From: the human T2T-CHM13v2.0 reference genome, Homo sapiens
Reading direction: 5' to 3' (one strand)
Length of the DNA: 64,000 nt
Assembly: GCF_009914755.1 (NCBI RefSeq)
Contig: NC_060946.1
Numbering within the stretch: the stretch's first letter is position 1; every line of letters starts with the position of its first letter. Under the pieces are notes generated by a model. That model did not search any database. It worked only from the letters and a program-made list of their open reading frames with translations, and was not told the DNA's origin. The position numbers and the translations under genes were made by a program. This document shows, piece by piece, positions 13,239 through 27,236 of the stretch.

Positions 13239-13713
13239 TATTTCTTAATGTTTAGCTACTGGGAATAATTTATGTTAGATTATTTTAGGTTTTCTACCTA
13301 TACAATCATATCATCTGTGAAAGGTAATGTTTGAAAATTTCTTCCTTTTTGATCCTTACACCTTTTGTTTCTTGTCTGCGTCTTGCTGTACTGCCTGGGA
13401 CTTCGTAGTCAATGTTGGGTAGAAGCGATGACAGCTGGGACCATGGGCTTGCTTCTTACAGGAAAGGAAAGCTTTCCATATTTCAAGTATTGAGACAAGT
13501 AAGATGTTTTCTGTAGTTTTTTGTGGCTATCTAGTGTCTGTTAAAACAAAGTTCCCTTGGACTCCTAGCTTGCCTAGCTGTTTTTATCTCGAATGGCTGT
13601 TGAACTTTACAATTTTTTGTATCTCTTGAAATGATCATATATTTTTCTATTAAAGAAAAAATGCGAATTCTCCTGATTATATTTATTGTTTTCTGATGTC
13701 AAAGCAACCTGAT

Positions 13714-14214
<501 letters not shown>

Positions 14215-14495
14215 GCTGACATTTCTGTTCATATACCTGATTAGGTCATGCTGAATTCTGTTTATTGTCTTTTAATCGGGATTTTTGCGTCTATGCTGAC
14301 GAGTGAGACTGACTTTGTCAGGTTTTAGTATCAGGGTAATTCTAGTCTCAAAAATGAATTGAGGCCATTTTATGCTCTTTAATATTCATTTTCTATTCTC
14401 TAGAAGAGCTTGTATATGATTGGCATGGTTTCTAGAAGAGCTTATGATTGGCATGGTCTCTTCCTTAAATGTTTGGTTGAATTTGTAGGCCTGGG

Positions 14496-14835
14496 TTTTT
14501 TTTTTCCTTTTTACTTTTATTTTACTTTAAGTTCTGGGATACAAGTACAGAACGTGCAGGTTTGTTACATAAGTATACATGTGCCATGGTGGTTTGCTGC
14601 ACCTACCAACCCGTCAGCTAGGTTTTAAGCCCTGCAAGCATTAGGTATTTGTCCTAATGCTCTCCCTCTCCCTGCCCCCCAGCCCCGACAGGCCCTGGTG
14701 TGTGATGTTCCCCTCCCTGTGTCCCTGTGTTCTCATTGTTCAACTCCCATTTATGAGTGAGGATATGTGGTATTTTCTCTTCCTGTGTTAGTCTGTCTGC
14801 TGAGAGTGATGGTTTCCAGCTTCATCCATGTCCCT
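14496..14835 (-). mobile_element. L1PA7/8-like 3' end, 5'-truncated
   Basis: TACTTTAAGTTCTGGGATAC...AGGTTTTAAGCCC; TSD-like CCTGGG(G)TTTT. Confidence 0.9.
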
Positions 14836-15001
14836 GGGGTTTTCTTAGTGGGAGAGATTTGGTTATGGATTCAATTGATTTAATTACTATAGGACCCTTT
14901 ACATTTCTATATTTCTATATCAGCTTTGAAAATTTGTACTTTTTAAAGAAAAGTATTTCTTTTACATTTTCAAACGCTTTGGATATTTTTTCATAACAAT
15001 T

Positions 15002-15406
15002 TCCTTTTTAGTCCTTTTGGGCTGCTGTAACAGAATACCTCAGACTGGGTAACTTACAAACAATAGAAATTAATTTCTCACAGTTCTGAATACTGGGTAG
15101 TCCAAGATCAAGGAACTGGCTGATGTGGGGTCTGGGGAAGCCTCGCTCTCTGCCTCCAAGATGGCGGCTTGTTGCTGTGTCCTCTGGGGATGAATGCTGT
15201 GTCTTCACATGGTAGAAGAGATGGAAAAGCAAAAAGGTCCAGAAAGTCCCCTCCAGCCCTTTTATAATGTCACTAATTCCATTCATGAGGGCTCCATCCT
15301 CAAGACTTAATTTCTTCCTAAGGGCCCTGACTCTTAATACTATCACATTAGGTCTTAGGTTTCAAAATATTAATTTTGGGGGAAAACATGCATTCAAACC
15401 ATTTCA
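15002..15406 (-). mobile_element. MSTD/MLT1A-like MaLR solo LTR
   Basis: GCTGCTGTAACAGAATACC...CATTCAAACCAT. Confidence 0.88.
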
Positions 15407-15661
15407 GCCTGTTTTCATTTTTGTGCTTGCTGGAGGTGTAGTGGTGTCTTCTTTCTAATTTCTGATATTGGGAAATTGTGTCTTCTTTCATTTTTATCAT
15501 ATGAGTTTTGCCAGGGATTTATCAATTTTATTTTATTTTTTAAAGAACTAACATTTGGCCTTGCTGATCATCTCTGTGTTATGTTTTCCTTTTTCTTTAG
15601 TTGTGTATTTATCTTCATTGTTCTGTTCCTTTTTATTTACTTTGTGTTTATTTGACCGTTC

Positions 15662-15933
15662 TTTTTTTTTTTTTTTTTTTTTTGAGATGGAGTCTTTCTC
15701 TGTCACCCAGGCTGCCACCCTCCGCCTCCCGGGTTCAAGTGATTCTCTTGCCTCAGCCTCCCGAGTAGCTGGGATTACCGGCGTGTGCCACTGCCTGGCC
15801 AATTTTTTGTATTTTTAGTAGAGATGGGGTTTCACCATATTGGTCAGGCTGGTCTTGAACTCCTGACCTCGTGATCCGCCCACCTTGGCCTCCCAAAGTG
15901 CTGGGACTACAGGCATGAGCCACCGTGCCGGCC
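15662..15933 (-). mobile_element. AluS (Sg-like) with a ~35-bp deletion in the right arm
   Basis: CCCAGGCTG joins CCACCCTCCGCC; GACCTCGTGATCC. Confidence 0.95.
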
Positions 15934-16297
15934 GACTCTTCTATTTTTAATTTGTGAAAAGTATGGCTGACATTAGTTTTCAGTCAGTTAAACTTGTGTA
16001 TCAACTTGGGGAAAATTGACACATTTACTGTGTTTTCTTCCAACTCACGAACATGCTACGTCTCTTCATTAATTTAGATGTTCTTTGATTTCTTCACCAA
16101 GATATGCTCTTAAGCTTGAATTTTCTTTTAAGCACTTATTTATCTGAATCACATAAATTTAAATATGGAACAATTCCCTTATACTCAAATGTATTCTAAT
16201 TTTCATTATGGTTTATTCTTTGATATTAGCCTATTTATATTTCTTGTTTTCCAAACATATGGAAATTTTTATATTTTTATATACATATATATAAAAT

Positions 16298-16506
16298 TTC
16301 TTTTTCTTTTTTTTTTTTTTGAGACAGAGTCTTGTTCTGTCACTTAGGCTGGAGTGCAATGGCACAACCTTGGCTCACTGCAACCTTCGCCTCCCAGGTT
16401 CAAGTGATTCTCGTGCCTCAGCCTCAGCCTCCTGAGAAGCTGAGATTACAGGTGTGCACCACTATGCTCAGCTATTTTTTTGTATTTTTAGTAGAGATGG
16501 GGGTTT
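16298..16506 (-). mobile_element. Alu truncated abruptly at the AT-rich tract
   Basis: Right arm plus linker; stops at AGAGATGGGGGTTT. Confidence 0.93.
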
Positions 16507-16507
16507 A

Positions 16508-17590
16508 GTATATATATATAAATATATATAATATAAAATAATTTATATATAAAAATTATATATATTTTATATATAATTATACACAAAAATTATATATATT
16601 TTATATATAATTATATACAAAAATTATATTTTATATATAATTATATACAAAATTATATATATTTTATATATAATTATATATAAAAATTATATATAATATA
16701 TAATATCTATTATATAATATATAATATCTATTATATATAATATATAATATCTATTATATATAATAGATAATATCTATTATATATAATATATAATATCTAT
16801 TATATATTATATATATCTATTATATATTATATATAATATCTATTATCTATTATATATAATATCTATTATCTATTATATATAATAGATATTATATATAATA
16901 GATAATAGATATTATATATAATAGATAATAGATATTATATATAATAGATAATAGATATTATATATAATATATATCTATTATATATATCTATTATCTATTA
17001 TATATAATAGATAATATCATTATATATAATATGTTATATATTATATATAATGATATATATAATAGATAATGATACATATTATATATAATGATATATAATA
17101 TCATTATATATAATATATAATATCATTATTATATATAATAGATATTATATATTATATATAATAGATATTATATATTATATATAATAGATATCTATTATAT
17201 ATAATATATAATATCTATTATATATTATATATAATGTCAATTATATATATTATATATATAATTATATATAATGTATATAATACCTATTATATATAATATA
17301 TAATTATATATAATATATATAATACCTATTATATATAATATATAATAATTATATATATAATATATAATAATTATATATAATATATATATTATATATAATT
17401 TATATATAATATATAATATATATAATATCTATTATATATATATCTATTATATATAATAGATAGAATAGATATTTTATATATAATATAGTTTTTCTAGTAT
17501 ATATATGGACTATATATGGAACTATAGGAATTTTCTAATATATACACACACACATATATATATACACACACTAGCTAGATATATATATTT
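16508..17590. repeat. ~1.05-kb AT-rich complex microsatellite with internal palindromes
   Basis: Almost only A/T; blocks of ATCTATTATAT and of its complement ATATAATAGAT alternate. Confidence 0.97.
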
Positions 17591-17592
<2 letters not shown>

Positions 17593-17629
<37 letters not shown>

Positions 17630-17636
17630 TGTGTGT
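17593..17636. repeat. (GT)n microsatellite
   Basis: About 20 GT units. Confidence 0.97.
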
Positions 17637-17665
17637 ATGCTAGAATATCCCCATATGTTTGGAAA

Positions 17666-17793
17666 ACAGCATTCATCCCCAGAGAACACAGCAACAAGGC
17701 GCTATATTGGAGGCAGAGAGTGAGTCTTCCCCAGACCCCACATCTGCCAGTGCCTTGATCTTGGACTTCCCAGCCTTCAGAACTGTGAGAAAT
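17666..17793 (+). mobile_element. Isolated internal MSTD-like fragment
   Basis: Reverse complement of 15073-15200. Confidence 0.88.
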
Positions 17794-20225
17794 ATAGTAG
17801 AAAATTCCTATATATATCTATTTTATAGAATTCTATCTTAATGGCATTGTGGTCAAATAATGTCCTCTGAAGTTCACTGATACTTGCTTAATTATACAGT
17901 ATAAGGTAACTTTTTGTAAAAGTTCTGTGTCTGCATGAGGAAAATGTGTATTGGCATGTGTCGAATGCATTGTTCTAGATATCTCCATTAGGTAGATTTC
18001 TTAATCACATTCAGTTCTTCATATTCTTACTTGTCTTTCATCTGATTGTTTGACCTGTTATAGAGAGAAGTATGCTAAAATTTCCCAGTATAATTGTGAT
18101 TTTGTCTACTTCTTATAGTTCTATCAGTTTTGGTACATGTATTTTGAGGTTATGTGTCAGCAGGTGCCTACCAATTTAAGATAGTTATATTTTCTTGTAG
18201 AATTGGCTTTTATCATTATGAAATGTTATCCTATATCTTTGTAATACTTCTCATCTTTAAGTATACTTTATCTAATATTATTACAGATACACCAGTTTTT
18301 CTGTTTATTGTTTGTTTGAGTTGGTGCTTGCACAGTATATCTTTTCCCATCCTTTTACTTGCACTTACTTTCTGTGACCTAATGTTGTAAATGTCTTTTA
18401 TAAATAACATATAGTTGGTGTTTTTTGGTTTTTTTAAAAATCCAATCTGATAGTGTTTGTGTTTTAAATGGTGCATTTCATTCCCCTATATTTGATGTAA
18501 TTACTAAAATATTTGGTTTTAAATATTTTAATTATGTGATTTTTTTTTTGGTCTCACCTGTTTTATATTCTTTCTTCTCAATTGTTATTTTCTTCTTTTG
18601 GATAAGTGCATTTTGTCATTCCATGTTTTCCTTTATATTAGCTTGGAAGTTATATTTTCTTTTACTGTTATTGCAACGGTTACCCTGGAGATTACAAAAT
18701 GCATCCTTAACATAATATTGTAAATATTGTTTGGTATTCCTGGACAATCCGAGGACCTAACAGTACTTTAACTTATACCCCTTCTGTGTTCTTTGCAGTT
18801 GTTGTGTATTTTATGTCTGTATATTTTAAAACTCACGAGACATTTTTACAACCATCAAATCAGCCATTCTTTATTTAGATTTGCCCCAGATATATCCTTC
18901 CTGTTGCTCTTTATTCCTTTCTGTGTCATCAACCTCTGCCTGGGATCATTTGTTTTACTGCCTAAAGAATACACTTTGGTATGTTTTTTAAAGTTAGGGT
19001 CTATTAGTTATTAGTTATATATTTTAAAAATTTTAATCTTTTCTAAGAAGTCTTATTTTATCTTCACTCTTGAAAGATATTTTTGCTAGGTTTAGAATTC
19101 TAGTTTGGCACTTTCTTTTAACATATATGCTGTTTGATATAATAGTATAAAATAATATTATATTGTCCTTTAGTTTCCAGTACTTTTATTGTAGTTTGCA
19201 AGTCTAATTGTGCTTCTTGGAAGTTAATCTCCACTCCCACCCCCACCCCTTTTCTGACTGCTTTTAAGGTTTTCTCTTTGTCTTCTACTTCAGTTTAGTA
19301 GAGCTTCTTGAACTTGTGGCTTGATGTCTTTCAGTAGTTGCAGAAAATTCTTAGCCTTTTATCTCTTCAAATAGTATTTCTCCTCCAATCCCTTTCACCT
19401 TGCCTACTGGAACAATTATATCTCAGTTATATATCTCCTTTCAGTATATATATCATATACATATATATACATATATATATGTGTATATATATGACTGCTA
19501 AGTACTTTTCTGTGTTTTTCATCCTTTTATCCCCTGATCTTCATTCTGGATGTTTTCTTGTGACATATCTTCAGGTTGATTAATTAAGTTGTGTCTAATC
19601 TGATTTTTAAAATTAAACCTTTTTATTCTGAGATAATTGCATATGCACGTGCAGTTGTAAGAAGTAGTACAGAGACATTCTTTTACCTGGTTTCCCTCAG
19701 TTGCAGCATCTTGCAAAACTACATTACAATATTACAACTAGGATACTGACATCAACACACTGAAGATACAGAGCATTTCCATCACAAGGATCCCTCCTGT
19801 GGCTCTTTGATAGCCACACCCACTTTCCTCCTGCCCCACCCCCTCCTTAATCCCTGACAATCATTAATATTAATATGGTATCCATTTTTATAATTGCATC
19901 ATTTTAAGAGTATTATATAAATACAATATGTAACTTGTGGTGGTTGGCTTTTTCATTAAGCATAATATCTGGAGCTTCATCCAGATTTTTGCATGTATCA
20001 ATAGTTACTTTTTATTGTTGCATTGTATTCCATGTTATGAATGTACTACAATTTGTTTATCCATTCTCCAGCTGACGTACATGTGGATTTTTCCCACATG
20101 TGTTTTTCATCATTTTATCTCTGTCATAAACAAAGTTGCTATAAACAGTGATTTACAGGTTTTTGTATGAATATTAGTTTTAATTTAAATGGAATAAATG
20201 TGCAGGAGTACTGTTGTTGGGTTAG

Positions 20226-20555
<330 letters not shown>

Positions 20556-20749
20556 ACGTGTTCAGTTTCTAAAGAAACTACCAAACTGTTTTCCAGAGTA
20601 GCTGTAACATTTTACAGCCCCACCAGTAAGGTTTTTTATTTTTGCTATTCTGATAGGTGTGTAGTGATATTACATTGTGGTTTTAATAGGCATCTGCCTA
20701 ATGATTAATTATGTTAAATATTGTTTCATGTACTTATTTGCTGTCTCTA

Positions 20750-21452
20750 TTTAACAAAACAGTATAAAACTTATATCCTGAAAACTGTAAAACATTCTTG
20801 AAAGAAATTTTAAAAGGTCTAAATAAATAAAAAGACATCCTATGTTCATGGATTGGAACACTTAATATTGTTAATGTGACAATACTCACCAAATTGATCT
20901 ATACATTCAACAAAGTCCTTCCGGAAATCCTAGCTACCTTATTTGCAAAAATTGACAAGCTGATCCTAACATTCATATGGAAATGCAAGAGACCCATATT
21001 AGCCAAAATAGTCTTGAAAAAGAAGAACAAAATTTGAAGACTCACACTTCCCAGTTTTAAAACTTACGACAAAGCTATGCTAATAAAGAGAATGGTACTG
21101 GCATAAGAATAGACATATTAAAGGAACAGAATTTAAAGTACAAAAAAAAAAAACCCCTCACATTTATGGTCAGTTGGTTTTTGATAGTGGTGCCAGAACA
21201 ATTACAAATTGTACTGAGACAATTAGATATCCACATGAAAAAGAATGAAGTTGGACCTCTACCTCACCATATACAAAATTAACTCAAAGTGGATCAAAGA
21301 CCTAAATGTAAGAGCTAAAACTATGACGTTCTTAGAAGAGAACATATGGGTAATTCTTGATGACTTTGGATTAGGCAGTGGTTTCTTAGATATGAAACCA
21401 AAGGCACAAGCAACAATATAAAAAAATAGATAAATTGGACTTCATCAGAATT
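20750..21452 (+). mobile_element. L1M ORF2 internal fragment, sense orientation
   Basis: TGTTCATGGATTGGAA, ATTCATATGGAAATGCAA and TGGATCAAAGACCTAAATGTAAGA; flanked by TTATTTGC. Confidence 0.85.
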
Positions 21453-22377
21453 ATTTGCCCTTTGTATATCCTCTTTAGTAAAATGTCTCTTTGTGTCTAC
21501 TTTGTTTTTGTCTTTTACTATTTACTTTTGAGTGTTTTCTTGTGTCTAGCTACTAGTCCTTTGTTGGATATGTGGTTTGAATTTTTTTTTTTTACTGTCT
21601 GTAGCTTGTCTGTTCCTCCCTTTAACAGGGTCTCTCACAGAGCAAAACATTTTAATTGTGATTAAGCCCAATTAGTCAATTTTTATTTTAAAGAATATTT
21701 TCCCCAAATTTTATAGTTTTACATTTAACATTTAAATTTATATTCTACCTTAATATTATTTTTACTTTGTATATAAGACTTAGGTACTTATCTCAAGGGT
21801 CTATTTTATCTTTTTCATATGAATGTCCAATTGCTCCAGCACCATTTGTTGGAAAGCCTATCTTTCCCTTATCAAACTGCTTTTGCACCTTAGCCAAAAA
21901 CCAATTTGGCAAATATGTGTGGGTCTATTTAAGTTCTCTATTCTGTTCCATTCATCTGTGTGTCTGTCCTTCTAACAAAACCACGTAGTCTTGATTGCTA
22001 TAGCTATATAAGTAGTAAAATTAGGTTGAGTGATTACTCCCATTTCTCCCACTTTATTCTGTTTCAAAATTATCTTAAGCTATTCTTGTCCTTTGCTTTT
22101 CTGTATAAATTTTAGAATAATTTTGTCTGTCTTCAAAAAATCTTCCTGGGATTTTGGCAGGAATTGGAGATAATTGACATCAATCTGATTTGGGGAGAAT
22201 TGACGTCTTTACTTTGTTGAGTATTTCAGTCTATGAATATGTCACATCTCTTCATTTATTTAGATTTCCTTTGATTTCCTTCAGCAGTGCTTTCTCTTTG
22301 TATAAAAATAATTCATTTACTTATTTATTTATTTTTTTCTTTTTTTAAGCAGTGTTTTGTAGTTTTCAGGATACAAG

Positions 22378-22860
22378 TGTGAACCCAAAAGTCTCTGAGA
22401 CAGATCTCAATCAATTTAGAAAGATTATTTTGCCAAGATTAAGGACACACCCATGACACAGCTTCAGGAGATCCTCACGACACGTGTCCAGGGTGGTTGG
22501 GGCACGGCTTGGTTTTATACATTTTAGGGAGACATGAGACATTATAATCAATATGTGTAAGGTGTACATTGGTTCGGTCCGGAAAGGTGGGACAACTCAA
22601 AGTGGGGGAAGGGACTTCTGGGTCATAGGTAGGTAAGAGACAAATGTTTGCATTCTTTTGAGTCTCTGATCAGCCAGCCTTTCACCAAAAACACAATCTA
22701 CATGTGGGGTGGTGTAGAGGAATAGCCACTTCTACCTTAGTTTGGCTTAGTGAAACAGTAGGTCAGAGGAAGCAGATCAGACATGCATTTGTCTCACGTG
22801 AGCAGAAGGAGGATTTTGAGTTCTGTCTGTCCTTTGTCCACAAGGAATTTCCTTGTAGGA
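22378..22860 (-). mobile_element. MER4A-like ERV1 LTR, truncated
   Basis: TGTGAACCCAAAAGT...TCTCAATCAATTTAGAAAG; TACATTTTAGGGAGACATGAGACA. Confidence 0.85.
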
Positions 22861-23351
22861 AAATCACAATTTCAGATTGGCTTCTTTCACTTAGTAATAT
22901 GCATCTGTGTTTCCTCCATGTCTTTTCATGGCTTGATACCTCATTTCTTTTTAGCATTGAATAATCTTGTATTGTCTGGATGTACCACAGTTTATATCTA
23001 TCCACCTACTGAAGGACATCTTGGTTTCTTCCAAGTTTCGGCAATTATGAATAAAGCTATAAACACCCATGTGCAGGTTTTGTGTGGACATAAGTTGTCA
23101 ACTCCTTTGGGTAAATACAAAGAAGTGTGAATGCTGGGTCGGATGGTAAAAATATGTTTTGTTTTGTAAGAAACTGCCAAACTGTCTTCCAAAGCGGGTA
23201 CCATTTTGCATTCCCACAGCAGTGAATGAGAGCTCCTGTTTCTCCACATTCTCATCAGCATTTGTTGGTGGTGGTGTTCTGGATTTTGGCCATTCTAATA
23301 GGTGTGTCATGGTATCTCATTGTTTTAATTTGCATTTCTGATGGCATATGA

Positions 23352-23789
<438 letters not shown>

Positions 23790-23791
23790 TT

Positions 23792-23919
23792 GTTTTCTTT
23801 TTTGAGACAGGGTCTCACTGTAGCTACCAGGCTGGTCTTAAACTTCTGGGATGAAGTGACCCTCCTGCCTCAGCCTCGCAAATGGCTGGAATGACAGGTG
23901 CAAGCCACTGTGCCTGGCT
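23792..23919 (-). mobile_element. FLAM (free left Alu monomer)
   Basis: GAGACAGGGTCTCAC...AGCCACTGTGCCTGGC; TGTTTTCTT flanks. Confidence 0.85.
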
Positions 23920-26900
23920 CTGTTTTCTTATGGTTGAGTTTTAAGAATTCTTTGTATATTTTGGCTAATGATCCTTTATCAGATGTGTCTTTTTGCAAAT
24001 ATTTTCTCCCGTTCTTTGGCTTGTCTCTTCATTCTCTTGGTAGTGTTTCACAGAACAGAAATGTTTAATTTTAATGAAGTCCAACTTATCAATTCTTTCT
24101 TTCATAGATCGTGTCTTTGGTATTGCATCTAAAAAGTCATTGCCAAACCAAGGTCATCTAGATTTTCTCCTATATTATCTTCTAGGAGTTCTGCAGTTTT
24201 TTTTTTTTTCCACTTAGGTCTATGATCCATTTTGAGTTAATTTTGTGGAGTGTAAAGTCTCTGTCCAGATTTGTATTTTTCCACGTGAATGTCCAGTTGT
24301 TCCAGCACCATTTTTTGAAAAGACTATTTTTTCCTCCATTCTATTGCTTTTGCTCCTTTGTCAAAGATCAGGTCACTATTTTATGTGGGTCTATTTCTGA
24401 GCTGTCTGTTCTGTTCATTGGTCTGTCTGTTCTTTTGCCAATACCACGTTGTCTTATATAATCTGCTTTTAAACTCATTTACTGAGACCTTAATTTGGGT
24501 TATTATGTACTTTAAAAAAAAATTCTACAGTTTCTAATCGGCTCTTTAAAAAATTTCCTGTATCTTTTTTTTTTTTTTTATGGGTTTCAGATGTGATTTT
24601 ATGTATTTGGAGCACAGTAAGTGTGGCTGTGTGAAGACACGTGTCTGACTGCTCCCGGGCTTGTAGCCTCTCTGCCTGTCTCCTAATCCTTGTGCCTCCC
24701 TTGCTTCTTCACATTGCTGCCTTGTGTACCTGGTGATCTCTGATTGTGTGCCAGGAAAGATACATTTGATACATTGTTGGCAGAAATATTCTGAAGCATC
24801 GGACGATGAGACCTCTCTGGAGGAAAATAGCATTTGCCACCATCCATTGTCTGGGGGTGCCAGCAGTCTGGTATCCCCACCATCAGATTTCAGGTGTTGG
24901 GGGCCTCTGGGCCCCAGGTGAAGTGGGACTGGGTTGCAAGACCTGGTGCGGCTTTTCTCCACGGTGCAGCCTGTCCCTTCTCCTGCATCCTCACTCCTCC
25001 TGCTGGCAGGTGGGGCCAGAATTGACTCTGTGTCCAGCGTGAAGGACACACGGTCCCAGTGTGAGGGATGGTAGCTTTTCAGGAGCACAGTGCTCGTTAA
25101 AGGAGCTTACTCTGTCCCCTCGCCAATGAGATGACAAACAAGAGGCACCTGGCATGTCACACCAGGGGCCACGGATGGCATGCCATCTGCAGTGATGCCC
25201 GCCCCCCCCACCCTCCACGTGCTTTCAGCTCTGTCTTGTTGGGTGCTAGTGCCAGATTCAGGGCTCTGTCACTCCTCTCTGACCTTGCCCCTGCCCCTTT
25301 GGAGGTGGCGTCCACCTGCCATTGGCATTGAGTGTTCAGGATGGACTCGTGTGTCCAGCTCCCCCTAACACCACGTTGGCTGGGACCCCAGCCCCTGGTC
25401 CTCCACCCGCCCCAAAAGAGTGACAAATTATGCGGGCACAGGTTCCCTTGAGCTCATTTTGAAACACTGAAGCAAACGTCAATCTAGGGAACAGTTGACA
25501 TGACACTCCTTTATTAAAACCTAGGGACATTGTTATAAAAACTACTGTATATAAAGACAAAAGCAGAGCAACAGCGGTCAGTGAAAAACACATGATTATT
25601 CTTACATTCTAGTATTATTATTAGGAATATTATTGGTTTTGGTTTTCCCGGTTATCAGCTCTCAGGGAGACCCCATGCCTGCTCACATGAAGTCAGAGTT
25701 TACGGGAGAGAAAATATTTCCATCCCCCTACCCCTGCGCTGCATGCCCTTGTCCAGCTGGCCCTGGGGACGACACATCAGCCTTTTGTGGGAGGTCTCCT
25801 GCCTTGTTAAGGTGACTGAGCCCCTCACCCTTGCAGCCCCCACCTCGTTACTGCACATTGTCGAGACACTGACCACTTGGTTATTTGACTGTGAGGTATG
25901 CCACTAGCTTTAAAACGGGAAATGGGAAAAATAGGAAGAAACTGCGTATGAGAAACTGACATGCAATTCCAAGAAGAGGCTCTCTCTTGGGCCACCAGCT
26001 TGGTTCCAGCTGTGGCCAGGGTGGCCATATCATCTATAGTTTTAGATCCTGTGCTCAGGGTTGGCGCTGACCAATGTGGGATCCTGCACATTTTGGAGGC
26101 TGGTTTAGGGTCATTCAACAGGGTACCTCATTGTACAAACCTAAGGGTCACCGTTCTCAGTGCAGTCTATGTAAACAGTATCCCTGGGAGCCCATTACCA
26201 TTTATGGGACAGTGTCGTGAATGGTGCCTCCTGGAGGTGAACCCTGCAGCAGCCCCGGATTTCAGTCTGTCAAGGGCAAATCTGTCAGGGCTTTGATGTA
26301 AAGATAGGAGTTTTAGGTACAGAGTAACTAACAGTCAAATCTGCTCATTCATCAAGCATCTATCTAGCACCAGCTGTTGGCTTGGACTAGAAACTGGGGT
26401 GGTGGGGGGCAATGACACCTCCAAGGTCACTTTCACGGGTGGGACAGGTAAGTGTTCTGAATTCATTTTGTGAATCTGAGCATGTCTGTTAGGCACAACT
26501 AGCCGTTTCACAAGTGGTCCCAGCTATAGCAGGAATGGCTCCCAGATGGGCCCTGGGTACAGGGCCAGGCAAGTGGCAGGCACTCGGCAAGTATCTGAAT
26601 AGGTGAGGGAAGCGCGTGTCATCGAATGAGTTTTCTAGGAGGCTCCTCACCTCTTCTAGCTTGCCTGACTGCTTAACTTTAACATTTGAGCTTTTCGGGC
26701 CACAACCACCAAAGTTGTTTGCGTGCATTTAAGCACCAGCGTGGGACGTGTTGGTGCTACAGCAAGGAACTAGGGCACTGTGCATGGCATCTGGCACATA
26801 GTAAGTGCGCAGGCTTGTCTTCCAGAGGGCACAGGGTATGGCCCCAGCCCAGTGAGGTATTCCTGGACTGCAAAGGGCAGTGATCAGGGCGTCATCCACT

Positions 26901-27152
26901 CATGGCCTCTCTGACTGTCCCAGTGCTGTGGGGGCCAAGCAGACACCCTCTGATGCCCACCACGTGAGCAGGATGATTAAGAATTCCTGCAGTTTGCTTC
27001 CATGATTCCAACCCTAGATTTTCACAGCAGACGAAAACAACCCACGTGGATGTCTCCCTACAGTGATAGGGGGCCCTTCAACATTGATAAGACATGTTCC
27101 CAATAACTCCATCCAGGTCTGTTCTTCCTTCCTTCCTTCTTACCTACCTACC

Positions 27153-27236
27153 TAGACAGAGTCTCACTCTGTTGCCCAGGCTGGAGTGCACTGGTGCGAT
27201 CTCAGCTCACTGCAAGCTCTGCCTTCTGGGTTCATG
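27153..27236 (-). mobile_element. 5'-truncated AluY-like fragment with a (TTCC)/(CCTA) tail
   Basis: CACTGCAAGCTC and GGGTTCATG are Y-type diagnostics. Confidence 0.85.
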
